This document shows, piece by piece, positions 37,232 through 47,423 of a stretch of DNA of 64,000 bases (position 1 is its first letter; the number at the start of each line of letters is the position of its first letter). A model generated the notes under the pieces. That model saw only the letters and a program-made list of their open reading frames with translations. It was not told where the DNA came from and made no database searches. The translations under genes were made by a program, and so were the position numbers. This DNA is from an uncultured Gammaproteobacteria bacterium (GTDB lineage Bacteria; Patescibacteriota; Patescibacteriia; UBA9934), in contig CAYNYL010000001.1 of assembly GCA_964401485.1 (NCBI GenBank), forward strand, positions 67,834-131,833, given 5' to 3'.

Positions 37232-37880
37232 AAATCGTCTTGATTTTTACACTTAATTCTTCAGCAAAGAGGGCGTGGCCTTCAGCGCCAAAATGCAGAC
37301 CGTCCTCCCCGAGATACCTCTCATCAAAAGCCGAAAAGAAATGAACTCCGCGCCTTTCGGCGATCGATCGGTATGCAGACTCCAACTCGCTTAATTTACC
37401 GTTTCCATTGGACCACCCGCTTTGCACATAGTCCGATTCCTCGTTCATCGCGATCGGTGAAATGATCAGCAGTTCAGGCTTTTTCAAAAAGTGACTTGCT
37501 TCCGTCACAAAAAGCTCAATGAAATACTTTTCTAAGTCTCGAGCAATCTTCTCTATCGAATTCTGAAACTTATCTTTCAAGTCATTCGTACCAAGCATCA
37601 CAACCACGAGATCGAGAGGATCATGAGAAAGTACGCAAGGATAGAAGTAGCTCGCGCCATGATAAAAGTATTCGAGACCCTCGCCCTTGGATGCCAAGTT
37701 TAACACCTTGGTCGCGACCGTTCGACCACACAGTCCTTCTTCAATAATCTCAAAACCCTCACCGAGTTTTGACTGCAGTAGCCCCGTCCAACGAATATCT
37801 GAAGGAAATCGTTCACCTTGATTAGGTACTGCGCCCCAAGTATTTGAATCACCAAAACAAAGTATACGTTTCTTTTCCAT
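37224..37880 (-). CDS. SGNH/GDSL hydrolase
   Basis: CFGDSNTWG, EEGLCGRT, LGTND and DGLH motifs. Confidence 0.92.
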   Translation of the reverse strand: MEKKRILCFGDSNTWGAVPNQGERFPSDIRWTGLLQSKLGEGFEIIEEGLCGRTVATKVLNLASKGEGLEYFYHGASYFYPCVLSHDPLDLVVVMLGTNDLKDKFQNSIEKIARDLEKYFIELFVTEASHFLKKPELLIISPIAMNEESDYVQSGWSNGNGKLSELESAYRSIAERRGVHFFSAFDERYLGEDGLHFGAEGHALFAEELSVKIKTIFS

Positions 37881-37881
37881 A

Positions 37882-38094
37882 TCAAACCTGCTTTGCGTCA
37901 AATTCCGCGCGCATGCGTGTCATCCACTGCTCTTGATTTTCCCCAGTACGCGCCTCCATCCCCATAATACTCGCACGGTGCGCGTCATCCGACATCATAT
38001 GTCCAACCGCTTGATTCATTAACGCCTCGAACGTTTCTCCAGAAAACGTCTGGTCACAGGTCCCACCGAGCTCCTTACAGGTAAATGTCTTCAT
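37882..38094 (-). CDS. DUF1059-like small protein
   Basis: MKTFTCKELGGTCD...H pattern. Confidence 0.7.
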   Translation of the reverse strand: MKTFTCKELGGTCDQTFSGETFEALMNQAVGHMMSDDAHRASIMGMEARTGENQEQWMTRMRAEFDAKQV

Positions 38095-38096
38095 AG

Positions 38097-40499
38097 TTAA
38101 ATAACAAAGTTAATAAGTTTTCCCTCGATGTAGATCTCTTTCTTCGGCTCACCCGTCAAATGCTTCGCGACGTTTTCGTGGGCCTTTGCGAGCGCAAGAA
38201 TTTCTTCTTTTGCCGTACCCGTTTTAACCGTAACGCTTCCGCGAAGTTTTCCGTTAACCTGAACCGCAATTTCCATTTCGTCAGCGACCAAAAGTTTTTC
38301 GTCGTACGCTGGCCACGTCTTCGCATCAAGAATTCCCGACCCACCAATCTTCTCGAACGTCTCGCTCGCGACATGCGGAGCGAATGGACAAAGAACTTGG
38401 AGGAACATCTGCAAACTTGTTTTTTGGATTCCGCCCTGCTCGTTTACAACGTTTACAAAACTCATCATCTCGGCCACCGCCGTATTAAACCGCATAGCTT
38501 CGATATCTTCGCCAACTTTTTTCATCATCTTGTGAAGCGCTCGAGAAACATGATCCGACTGCTTTTCCTTCACGAGCTCCGGAAGACGCATAACACGGTC
38601 AAGGAATCGCTTGACTCCAACCACCCCGTTTTGACTCCATGGCGCAGGTTCTGAAAACTGACCAATAAAAAGCTCGTAGACGCGAAGCGTGTCCGCGCCA
38701 AACTCCTGTACAATCTCGTCTGGATTGACGACATTCCCCTTCGACTTACTCATCTTCGTCCCGTCTTCCGCGAGAATCAAACCGTGACTTGTACGCTTCG
38801 AGTACGGTTCAGACGTTGGAACAAGCCCCTCGTCATACAAAAACTTGTGCCAAAAACGGGAGTAAAGAAGGTGGAGCGTTGTATGTTCCATTCCTCCGTT
38901 ATACCAATCGACCGGCGTCCAATAATTAAGTTTCGCGCGATCGGCAAATGCGTTTTCATTTTTCGGATCGGCGTAGCGCAAGAAATACCAAGACGACCCC
39001 GCCCAGTTTGGCATTGTATCCGTCTCGCGTTTCGCGGGACCTGCGCAGGTTGGACACGTCGTATTTACAAAACTCTCAATTGTCGCGAGTGGCGACTCGC
39101 CGTTTTCAGTTGGTTGATACGCCTCGACCTCGGGAAGCACAACCGGAAGCTGTTCGTCCGGCACCGCTACCCATCCGTCTTTTTCACAATGCACAAGAGG
39201 GATCGGCTCACCCCAGTAGCGTTGGCGACTAAAGACCCAATCTCGTAACTTGTATTTAGTGGCTTTTTTACCGACTCCGCGAGCCTCGAGAGTATCCGTA
39301 ATTGCATTTCGCGCCTGTGTCGAATCAAGTCCATTAAATTCACCAGAATTGATCATGATACCCTCACCATCGTATCCAAAACCAAAATCTCCTTCCGTCA
39401 TATGAGGACCCAACACTACAACCTGACGCGGAATTTCTAGTTGCGGGAATCGTAGACCCATTTCCGTAACGAACCCATTATCTCTAACGTCGTGCGCCGG
39501 GACCGCCATAATCGCACCCGTTCCGTAATGTGGGAGAACATAATCCGAAGTCCAAATCGGGATTTGCTCGTTTGTCATTGGGTTTACCGCATACATCCCG
39601 GTAAACACACCCGTTTTTTCTTTTGTATCATCGCCCCGCTCGATATCGGTCTTTTTCAGCGTACTCGCGATATAGTCCCGAACTTCGTCGCTACTGTTAT
39701 TTGATAGAAGTTTATGTTCTGGGGCAATGACCAGAAAGGTTGCACCAAAAATTGTATCCGGTCGTGTTGTGAAGACGGTAAGTTTTTCTTCGCTTCCGGC
39801 AACTTGAAAATCAATCTCCGCGCCTTCGCTTTTTCCGATCCAATCTTCCTGTTGCTTTTTCACTTTCGGAAGATAGTCGACGGTATCGAGGTCTGAAAGC
39901 AAACGCTCAGCGTATTTCGTAATCGCGATCATCCACTGCTCCTTCTCTCTCTTCTCAACTGGTCCGCCACAACGCTCGCACACCCCGCCGGTCGCTTCTT
40001 CGTTTGCGAGTCCAATCTTGCACGACGGGCACCAATTAATTTCCGTCTTCGCTTTGTACGCTAAACCCTTTTTGAAAAACTGCAAAAACTGCCACTGGGT
40101 CCATTTGTAATAACCCGGGTCTGTCGTACTAATTTCACGCGACCAATCAAAAGAGAGGCCGAGCGCGCGGAGCTGGCGCTTAAAGGTCGCGATATTTGCG
40201 GCCGTCACCTCCGCTGGCGGTCGCCCCGTCTTAATCGCAAAGTTCTCGGTCGGGAGACCAAACGCGTCCCATCCGATCGGATAAAGCACATTGTAGCCCT
40301 GCATTCGGCGCTTGCGAGCGACGACGTCAAGCGCGGTGTAACTTCGCGGGTGGCCAACATGGAGCCCGGCGCCCGACGGAAATGGAAACTCAATCAAGAG
40401 GTAGTACGGCTCCTTCGCCGAGAAGTCCTCGGCATGAAAAATCCCCTCGTCTTCCCAACGATTTTGCCATTTTTTATCAATCGCGCGATGGTCGTACAT
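38097..40499 (-). CDS. leuS: Leucine-tRNA ligase
   Basis: FPFPSGAGLHVGH, SRQRYWGEPIP, KMSKS and VQVNGKLRG. Confidence 0.97.
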   Translation of the reverse strand: MYDHRAIDKKWQNRWEDEGIFHAEDFSAKEPYYLLIEFPFPSGAGLHVGHPRSYTALDVVARKRRMQGYNVLYPIGWDAFGLPTENFAIKTGRPPAEVTAANIATFKRQLRALGLSFDWSREISTTDPGYYKWTQWQFLQFFKKGLAYKAKTEINWCPSCKIGLANEEATGGVCERCGGPVEKREKEQWMIAITKYAERLLSDLDTVDYLPKVKKQQEDWIGKSEGAEIDFQVAGSEEKLTVFTTRPDTIFGATFLVIAPEHKLLSNNSSDEVRDYIASTLKKTDIERGDDTKEKTGVFTGMYAVNPMTNEQIPIWTSDYVLPHYGTGAIMAVPAHDVRDNGFVTEMGLRFPQLEIPRQVVVLGPHMTEGDFGFGYDGEGIMINSGEFNGLDSTQARNAITDTLEARGVGKKATKYKLRDWVFSRQRYWGEPIPLVHCEKDGWVAVPDEQLPVVLPEVEAYQPTENGESPLATIESFVNTTCPTCAGPAKRETDTMPNWAGSSWYFLRYADPKNENAFADRAKLNYWTPVDWYNGGMEHTTLHLLYSRFWHKFLYDEGLVPTSEPYSKRTSHGLILAEDGTKMSKSKGNVVNPDEIVQEFGADTLRVYELFIGQFSEPAPWSQNGVVGVKRFLDRVMRLPELVKEKQSDHVSRALHKMMKKVGEDIEAMRFNTAVAEMMSFVNVVNEQGGIQKTSLQMFLQVLCPFAPHVASETFEKIGGSGILDAKTWPAYDEKLLVADEMEIAVQVNGKLRGSVTVKTGTAKEEILALAKAHENVAKHLTGEPKKEIYIEGKLINFVI

Positions 40500-40510
40500 A
40501 TGTCCCTATA

Positions 40511-40885
40511 CTAATAGGAGTTGTCTTCGTCGGCAAGCATCTTGAAGGCTAGCCATTCCTCATTAGACAAGACCCGAATCAGCTCCTGCCATGCGCCGTT
40601 AGGCTTACTTGTTCGAAAAGTACTAGCGAGCAACGCTACACCCTTTAAAGTATAGACGGTTACTGGGTGACGGCGCGGATCGCACCATCGGCTCGTCACC
40701 GAGTATCTATAGTGAAATTCGACATATTCGTCTCTATTTAGGCGATAATAGTACTCCTCGGGATTTTGTAACATGCGTCTTTTTAGAGCTTGATTGATAA
40801 TTCTTGTTGGTTTTTGAAAAACTTGGGCAAGATTTTCATCTGCGACGACGTATTTTCCACGGACAAAATGGATGCGAAAAAACAT
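40511..40885 (-). CDS. Degenerate ORF6N (KilA-N-like) DNA-binding domain protein
   Basis: VRGKYVVADENLAQVF...INQALKRR...YTLKGVALLAS resembles ORF6N IRGxxVxLDxDLA...LNQAVKRN...FTEQGVAMLSS. Confidence 0.65.
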   Translation of the reverse strand: MFFRIHFVRGKYVVADENLAQVFQKPTRIINQALKRRMLQNPEEYYYRLNRDEYVEFHYRYSVTSRWCDPRRHPVTVYTLKGVALLASTFRTSKPNGAWQELIRVLSNEEWLAFKMLADEDNSY

Positions 40886-40990
40886 AAAACCCCCAGCATG
40901 TGCGGGGAGTTTAATTACCTTTCTAGTCTAGCGCGTTTAGATTGTTCAGCAAGCTGTAATCCACAGTCGCGGGGCGATGTGTGTCTTTTT

Positions 40991-41019
40991 TCTAGAGATC
41001 ACAAATTGTGACCTCTAGA
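40991..41019. repeat. 29-bp palindrome TCTAGAGATCACAAATTGTGACCTCTAGA
   Basis: Near-perfect inverted repeat about 105 bp upstream of the ORF6N-like gene. Confidence 0.8.
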
Positions 41020-41044
41020 AATTTTAGACAAGCCACCCCACCTA

Positions 41045-42259
41045 TCAAACCAACCCCTTCTCTTTCCCGGCCTCTTCCAGTCGCTTTAATGCCAAGATAA
41101 AGGCTCCGCGACGGAGGTCGGTCGAATGTGCCGTAGCTGTTTCATAAACCTTAACCGCCGAATCCGCCATGGTTGCACGTAGACGCGAATCCACTTCCTC
41201 GGCCGTCCAGTGCTCGCCCTTCATATTTTGCTCCCACTCGTAATAGCTCACCGTCACGCCACCGGCGTTTGCGAGAATATCCGGGATGACGTGAATTCCT
41301 TTTGCAAAAAGAATGTCGTCGGCTTCCGGAGTCGTTGGACCATTTGCAAGTTCGAGGATAAGTCGCGCCTGAACAGCTCCCGCGTTTTGCTCCGTAAGGA
41401 CACCCTCAAGCGCGGCCGGCACAAGAAGATCGCAAGAGAGTGACAAAAGTTCATCGGGAGAAATTGAGGTCGAGCCTGGGAAATTCGCAACCTGACCCGT
41501 CTCGTCCTTCCATTTCGCAAGCGCAACAATATCAAGACCTTCCGGGTTCACGATCGCCCCCTTTGAGTCGCTCGTCGCAATAACCTTCATCCCTTCGCGG
41601 TGCGCAATCTCCGCAAACGTACGCCCTGCGTTTCCAAATCCTTGAACAACAACCGTTTGCAAATCAGTGACCCCTAGAGATTCTTTCATTGAACTTAGAA
41701 CGTACCAACCACCCTGCGCTGTCGCCGCTCCGCGTCCCTCGCTTCCGCCAGCGGGAATCGTCTTTCCGGTCACAACCGCTTTGTGTCCAAACTCGTCCGC
41801 GATCCAATCCATCTCGCGCGGAGTCGTATTTACGTCCGGCGCCGGTACATCAATTTCCGGTCCGATATAGTCTTTCATTGCTCTCGCCCATCCGCGCGTT
41901 ACACGCTCAAGTTCCGCAACTGAATAGCCCTTAGGATCGAACGTCACCCCACCCTTCCCTCCTCCGAGCGGAATTCCAACAACGGCGGTCTTCAGGGTCA
42001 TCCAAAGCGAAAGCGCGCGTACCTCGTTAATATCAACCTCGGGATGAAATCGAATCCCTCCTTTAAATGGACCGCGCCAGTTATTGTGCTGGACACGATA
42101 CGCTTCGAGCGTTACCGAACTTCCATCATCTCGCGTCACCACAAGCTCCTTTCGAATCTCGCGCATCGGCGTCTCCATCGCCGAAATCACCTTCGGATCA
42201 ACGGTTGTTAACTTCGCCGACCGCTCAATCTGATTAATTGCATTTTCAAAAGCATTCAT
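41045..42259 (-). CDS. gdhA: Glu/Leu/Phe/Val dehydrogenase, likely glutamate dehydrogenase
   Basis: GPFKGGIRF, GGGKGG, PAPDVNT, QGFGNAG and NAGGVTVSY. Confidence 0.9.
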   Translation of the reverse strand: MNAFENAINQIERSAKLTTVDPKVISAMETPMREIRKELVVTRDDGSSVTLEAYRVQHNNWRGPFKGGIRFHPEVDINEVRALSLWMTLKTAVVGIPLGGGKGGVTFDPKGYSVAELERVTRGWARAMKDYIGPEIDVPAPDVNTTPREMDWIADEFGHKAVVTGKTIPAGGSEGRGAATAQGGWYVLSSMKESLGVTDLQTVVVQGFGNAGRTFAEIAHREGMKVIATSDSKGAIVNPEGLDIVALAKWKDETGQVANFPGSTSISPDELLSLSCDLLVPAALEGVLTEQNAGAVQARLILELANGPTTPEADDILFAKGIHVIPDILANAGGVTVSYYEWEQNMKGEHWTAEEVDSRLRATMADSAVKVYETATAHSTDLRRGAFILALKRLEEAGKEKGLV

Positions 42260-42262
42260 AGA

Positions 42263-43024
42263 CTAGGTTCGTAATTTATAGCCCGTACCAAAAATTCTAC
42301 TCGCGATGCTAAAGGTGACAAGGGCAATCGTTCCGGTCACCGCGAGAGAAAGCCAAATCGACGCATCGCCATAACCGAGAAAACCGTAGCGGAATCCGTC
42401 GACGAAGTAAAAGATCGGATTAAATCGAGAGATGATCTGGATTTGCTCCGGAAGCATGTCAACCGAGTAGAACACCCCTCCAAGGTAGATAAGTGGGGTA
42501 AGAATGAACGTAAGCACCATCGATGATTGGTCAAACGTCTTTGCAAAAATCGCAACAATAATTCCAAGCGACGCAAAAATGATCCCGATTAGTAGCGCAA
42601 AAATCGGAATCCAAACCGCTTGCGCAAACGGAAGGCGCGCAAAGATCATCCCAACAAGAAGCGTCACAACCGCAACCGAAATTCCGCGGACAAGCGCCGC
42701 GCCAAGATAGGCCGCGACGATATGTCGACCCTTCATCGGATAGGTTAGAAGCTCGCGAATTGCGTTCGAATACTTCGCGATCATAATCGACCCGAGCGGG
42801 TTATTAAACGCATTCATCATCAAGGCCATCGCGGCAAGCCCCGGAATAAGCACCGGCAAGTATTCGTTAAACCCTTCCGCCCCACGACTTGCCCCAACAA
42901 TCGATCCAAACAGTACAAAGTACAGAAGGTTTGAAACGATTGGCGCGCCAAGCGTTTGCATCCACACATCCATAAATCGCTTTACCTCCTTGTAAAACAA
43001 CGTCCATGTTGATCGTAAAAACAT
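42263..43024 (-). CDS. ABC-2 transporter permease (YadH-like)
   Basis: KEVKRF, LTPLIYLGGVFYS and NPIFYFVDGFRYG. Confidence 0.9.
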   Translation of the reverse strand: MFLRSTWTLFYKEVKRFMDVWMQTLGAPIVSNLLYFVLFGSIVGASRGAEGFNEYLPVLIPGLAAMALMMNAFNNPLGSIMIAKYSNAIRELLTYPMKGRHIVAAYLGAALVRGISVAVVTLLVGMIFARLPFAQAVWIPIFALLIGIIFASLGIIVAIFAKTFDQSSMVLTFILTPLIYLGGVFYSVDMLPEQIQIISRFNPIFYFVDGFRYGFLGYGDASIWLSLAVTGTIALVTFSIASRIFGTGYKLRT

Positions 43025-43025
43025 A

Positions 43026-43934
43026 TTAGGCGCGGGTTAATGATACGAATACATCCTCGAGCGTTGGTTCAACGACCTCAAAGTGCATGACCGGAAGATC
43101 GGCGTCGGCAACAGCTTTAAGCACCGCTTTATAGTCAGTCTCATCAAACGAAAGCGTAAGCGTCGTATCGTTCACGCTCGGGGAAAATGATTCTAAAATT
43201 TTCGGGACTGTTATCTTTTCAGACAGCGCGATTACAAGTTGTCGCTTGCTACTAAAGCGCTTCTTTAACGCGTCTTTGTGATCAAGCGCAATAAGCTCTC
43301 CCTTCCCAATAATTGCAACACGGTCGCAAAGAAGTTCGACCTCCTCGAGATAGTGCGAGGTAAGAACAATCGTCACGCCCTGCTTGTTGAGTTTCCGTAC
43401 AAGTTCGTAGAGATCGTGACGAAGTTCAACGTCAACACCAGCCGTCGGCTCGTCGAGCACAAGCACCTCGGGACGATGCACCAAAGCTTTTGCGATCATT
43501 AGTCGTCGTTGCATTCCGCCGGAAAGTTGGCGCGGTTTTACATCACGCTTATCTTTGAGCGAAAGCGTCTCAAGTAGTTCCTCTAGATAATCTTCATCAA
43601 CCGGAAGTCCGTAAAACCCGAACTGAAGTCGGAGCGCATCCTCAACAGGAAAGAACACATCAAACCCAATCTCTTGCGGAACAATTCCGATCTTTCGTTT
43701 CGCGAGTGTATGGTCAACGTCAATATCGACTCCAGCGATTACCGCGCGCCCCTCGGTCTTTCCTGTAACGCCCGCAAGAATATTAATCAGTGTTGACTTC
43801 CCCGCTCCGTTTGGCCCAAGAAGTCCGAAAAACTCGCCCTTCTCGATCGAAAACGTTACCCCCTTAAGCGCCTCCGTCATCCCCTTCGGTCCCTTGTACG
43901 ACTTTTTCAGCCCCGAAATTTCCAGTGCTAACAT
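43026..43934 (-). CDS. ABC-2 transporter ATP-binding protein (YadG-like)
   Basis: GPNGAGKST, LSGGMQRR and LDEPTAGVD. Confidence 0.92.
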   Translation of the reverse strand: MLALEISGLKKSYKGPKGMTEALKGVTFSIEKGEFFGLLGPNGAGKSTLINILAGVTGKTEGRAVIAGVDIDVDHTLAKRKIGIVPQEIGFDVFFPVEDALRLQFGFYGLPVDEDYLEELLETLSLKDKRDVKPRQLSGGMQRRLMIAKALVHRPEVLVLDEPTAGVDVELRHDLYELVRKLNKQGVTIVLTSHYLEEVELLCDRVAIIGKGELIALDHKDALKKRFSSKRQLVIALSEKITVPKILESFSPSVNDTTLTLSFDETDYKAVLKAVADADLPVMHFEVVEPTLEDVFVSLTRA

Positions 43935-43935
43935 G

Positions 43936-44859
43936 TTACTCTTTATGTGATAAATATCTCTCCGCTTCGAGCGCCGCTTGGCATCCACTTCCGGCCGCCG
44001 TGATCGCTTGGCGGTAGTGTGGGTCGATTACGTCACCGCACGCAAACACGCCCTCGATATTCGTCTTTGTCGAATCTGGGACATGTTTAATATAGCCCTT
44101 CACGTCGAGTTCGATCGCGTCCTTAAACAAATCCGTATTTGGTTTATGACCAATCGCCGCAAAATACCCCGTCGCTACAATCTCGCTCGCCTCCCCCGTT
44201 TTATTATTCACGGTCAATACTTTTTCAAGAGCGCTTTCTCCAACAAGTTCCGTTGGGCTCGTGTTAAAGACAATCGTAATTTTTTCATTCTTCATTGCAC
44301 GCTCTTGCATCGCCTTTGACGCACGAAGCGCTTCACCACGAACAAGCACCGTTACCTTGCTCGCAAACCGCGTTAAAAAGGTCGCCTCTTCCATCGCTGA
44401 GTCTCCTCCTCCGACAACAACAACCTCCTGATTCTTAAAGAAAAATCCGTCGCAGGTTGCGCAGGCCGAAACCCCCTTCCCCATAAGTCGCTCCTCGCCC
44501 GGAATCCCAAGCCACATCGCCGAAGCGCCCGTTGCAATAATCAAGGTCTCCGCAAAATACTCTCCACTTCCCGCCGTAACTTTGAACGGTCGGACGGAAA
44601 AATCGACCGCCGTTACCATCTCGTCTTTAACAGTCGTCCCAAACTTCTCCGCCTGACGCCGAAGATTCGCCATGAGCTCCGGGCCCATAATTCCACCATC
44701 CTCGCCCGGCCAGTTCTCGACTTCACTCGTAAGCATTAATTGCCCACCAGACTGGAGTCCCGCAAACAAAATTGGCGATAATTGCGCCCGACTCGCGTAA
44801 ATCCCCGCCGTATACCCCGCCGGCCCCGATCCAATAATAAGTGTTTTTTGTACAGCCAT
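43936..44859 (-). CDS. trxB: Thioredoxin reductase
   Basis: GSGPAG, SACATCDG and GGGDSA. Confidence 0.96.
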   Translation of the reverse strand: MAVQKTLIIGSGPAGYTAGIYASRAQLSPILFAGLQSGGQLMLTSEVENWPGEDGGIMGPELMANLRRQAEKFGTTVKDEMVTAVDFSVRPFKVTAGSGEYFAETLIIATGASAMWLGIPGEERLMGKGVSACATCDGFFFKNQEVVVVGGGDSAMEEATFLTRFASKVTVLVRGEALRASKAMQERAMKNEKITIVFNTSPTELVGESALEKVLTVNNKTGEASEIVATGYFAAIGHKPNTDLFKDAIELDVKGYIKHVPDSTKTNIEGVFACGDVIDPHYRQAITAAGSGCQAALEAERYLSHKE

Positions 44860-44979
44860 AAAATCCTTTAGATTTGTAGCTTATCACGACTTCCCGATTG
44901 ACAAAAGTGCCATTTTATGGTATGTTTCTTGGTTCTCGCGAAAGCGAAAACGCCTTTACAACCGCCCCTGGAGGCAGAG

Positions 44980-45606
44980 ATGAACCGCAACCACATCCGC
45001 TATAACTACTACCGCTTCTGGTACTGGTATGGCGGACTCCCCTGGATCCTTCGTCAGATCGTCGCGACAGCCGTCTTCTACGGGCTGACGTACCTGCTGG
45101 TCGGTCACTCGACCGTCCGGTGCTTCGTCGATGGCGAGGAAGTCGTCGGTCAGTGCCGAGTCCTGAACTTCAAGGGTGAGGAGATCGGAACCGCACCGCT
45201 GACGCGTCGACTCGAGTTCGGCTGGGGAACCGTTACCGTCTACCCACCCAAGGACGCCGTCGTCAACACGGAATACATCGGGTGGGGCTGGATCTCGACC
45301 GGCATCGGGAACGACATCGGCGCCTTCCTCGGAGTGACCCCACCATTCGATGCGCGATTCGAGACGCTCGAGGCGCAGACGCACATCACCTGCACCGTCA
45401 ACGGCGACCCCCAGAACTGCGAGGTGGAGCTCAACGGCAGTCACCTCGGAGTAACGCCAGTCGAGCAGGCGCTCGGCGTCGGCGAGTTCCGGGTCACCGT
45501 CTACCCGCCCGACTGGGCGGAGACGACAATCGCCCATCAGGAATGGACACTCGCAAGCCCGAACGGCGAAGGCCAGAACCTCGTCGCCGAGTTCGAGGGT
45601 TTCTAA
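44980..45606 (+). CDS. Membrane-anchored protein with two PEGA-like repeats
   Basis: GGAGG SD, TM segment, then two units of C.V.G...C.V..G..(I/L)G..P...L..G...VTVYPP. Confidence 0.65.
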   Translation: MNRNHIRYNYYRFWYWYGGLPWILRQIVATAVFYGLTYLLVGHSTVRCFVDGEEVVGQCRVLNFKGEEIGTAPLTRRLEFGWGTVTVYPPKDAVVNTEYIGWGWISTGIGNDIGAFLGVTPPFDARFETLEAQTHITCTVNGDPQNCEVELNGSHLGVTPVEQALGVGEFRVTVYPPDWAETTIAHQEWTLASPNGEGQNLVAEFEGF

Positions 45607-45704
45607 CTTCTCGACACCAACGGCCCCGCTGCCGGCAAGACACCTCGTGTCTCTCGCTGGCGCGGGGTGTTTTGTTATGCTACGGTTTCTTTCGAGGAGG
45701 GTTC

Positions 45705-46067
45705 ATGCCAAATTTTCAGGGAATTCTTCAGTTCCTTTTAGAGGCGGTAGAACTTCAACTTCGTCTTACAATCGAGTGCCTCCTGGATCTCAAGGCGCGA
45801 ATGCGTCAGTTCACCCGAGGTGATCAGCTGGCGCACTACCGTGCCGACACCCCCTGGACCGGACCATCGATAGACCTGCTGTCCCAACTCATTCCGCTCG
45901 AGAAAGCTCGCAGGAGACATCGCGCAAGGCGCCGATCACTTCTTCGGCTCGCGCGCGCGATCCGGTCAACGCTACGGCGCCATCACGTCGTGCGTCCAAC
46001 GGTCGAGCACTACATCGGTCGGATGGAGCGACTCCACCCGCAATTCTTCACCCCTCGCTTCTCGTAG
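45705..46067 (+). CDS. Hypothetical Arg-rich protein
   Basis: GAGGAGG SD before the ATG at 45705; terminator at the stop. Confidence 0.55.
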   Translation: MPNFQGILQFLLEAVELQLRLTIECLLDLKARMRQFTRGDQLAHYRADTPWTGPSIDLLSQLIPLEKARRRHRARRRSLLRLARAIRSTLRRHHVVRPTVEHYIGRMERLHPQFFTPRFS

Positions 46068-46166
46068 CCGGGGGTTTTCGTTTTTCATGAAAATAAAAGA
46101 CGCCGGCCGTGAATCAGCCGACGTACACACGAACGCCCCGGGCTCAGATGAACCTGGGGCGAGAAA

Positions 46167-46691
46167 CTAGAGACGCTCGGAGCGCCGGATGCGCAGGGAA
46201 CGGTGGATACGATCGACCAACGGAAACCGCCGAGCAACGAACGCCTGGAGCGTAGGGATGATCTGTCCCTTTGCCGACGACCGGTCGAGATGGACCGTCT
46301 CGATCGTCACCTGACCGAGATGGTCCTCGGCGTAAATCGCGACCTTGAGAGCGCGTAGCGTATCACAGAAGATGACGACCTCTCGCTCGCCCTCGGCAAC
46401 CCCCCTGTCACGCAGAATCTGCGCGGCATTCGAAAGATTATCGGGCGTAGTATAAGCGTCATCATCGAGGATGCAACGCGCACCGATCCCGGGCGCACGG
46501 CGGCCGATCTGATCCCGCATGAGATCCGCCTCGGACTCACCGGGCGCCGACAGCCGCTGCGTATATCCCCCGCTCACAATGATGAAATCCGGATTCCACT
46601 CCCGAGCAAACTGCACCACTCGGTCAAGGTACCGCTCCAAACCGGGCGACACATAACACCCATACCCGCACACAAGAAGCACCTTCTTCAC
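46167..46691 (-). CDS. DUF218/YdcF-like protein
   Basis: IIVSGG...ESEADLMR...AYTTPDN motifs; GTG start with GGAGG SD. Confidence 0.75.
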   Translation of the reverse strand: MKKVLLVCGYGCYVSPGLERYLDRVVQFAREWNPDFIIVSGGYTQRLSAPGESEADLMRDQIGRRAPGIGARCILDDDAYTTPDNLSNAAQILRDRGVAEGEREVVIFCDTLRALKVAIYAEDHLGQVTIETVHLDRSSAKGQIIPTLQAFVARRFPLVDRIHRSLRIRRSERL

Positions 46692-46808
46692 AACCGCCTC
46701 CAAAGCAATCCTTCTCTCACCACCAAGACTATCTTGATGATGAAAGCTAGACGGGCCGGCGGCAGAAAGCCACCGACCCACGTGTTCGGAATGCGTCGAC
46801 TCCGTAAC

Positions 46809-47423
46809 CTACCGGAAGGCACGCAGAATGATGTCGAGCCCAAAATCACCGAGCTCCTCGCGAATCCGCGCAAACTCCTCTGGCTCCTCGAGCCCCAAGC
46901 CGCACTCCTTCGCTTCAGCGACAAGTCGCCACAGCGTACGAAGATCCTCGATCGGAAGATCCGGCAAATCGGCCGTCGTCTTCCGGAAGTCGTTCACCAG
47001 CTGCTTCAGTGAGAAGTAGACGTGCGGCATGCGCTCGATCGTTCCGTCGTCGAAGGCCTTGCAGATGTTGCCGTGCGGCACCTCTTGGTGCTCATTGCAC
47101 CCGTGCAAGCGGAAGCAAGACTTCGTGACGAATTCCCCCGTACCCGCGCGGACCAGCTTGTCGACCACATCCCCGAAGGTCTGACAGATCGGAAGATCCG
47201 TGATCTTGGAGATGATTTCCTCGGCCTCAAGCGCGGTGATTTCACCCGCGCTCAAAATGTCATGAATCTTCGCGAACCCGACCTCGCGGGAGCTGATGAC
47301 AAGGTTTCGGATCTTGCCGGTCTTGATGCTCTCGACCGCCAGAGCGAACGTCCGAACCCCAGCCTGGTTCAAAAATGACGCCCGAACCAGCTCAAACATT
47401 GCCCAACCCATGACAAACTCCAT
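46809..47423 (-). CDS. Hypothetical protein (GC-rich ORFan)
   Basis: ~204-aa ORF with C/G-ending codons and a CFRLHGCNEH...H...C cluster. Confidence 0.55.
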   Translation of the reverse strand: MEFVMGWAMFELVRASFLNQAGVRTFALAVESIKTGKIRNLVISSREVGFAKIHDILSAGEITALEAEEIISKITDLPICQTFGDVVDKLVRAGTGEFVTKSCFRLHGCNEHQEVPHGNICKAFDDGTIERMPHVYFSLKQLVNDFRKTTADLPDLPIEDLRTLWRLVAEAKECGLGLEEPEEFARIREELGDFGLDIILRAFR

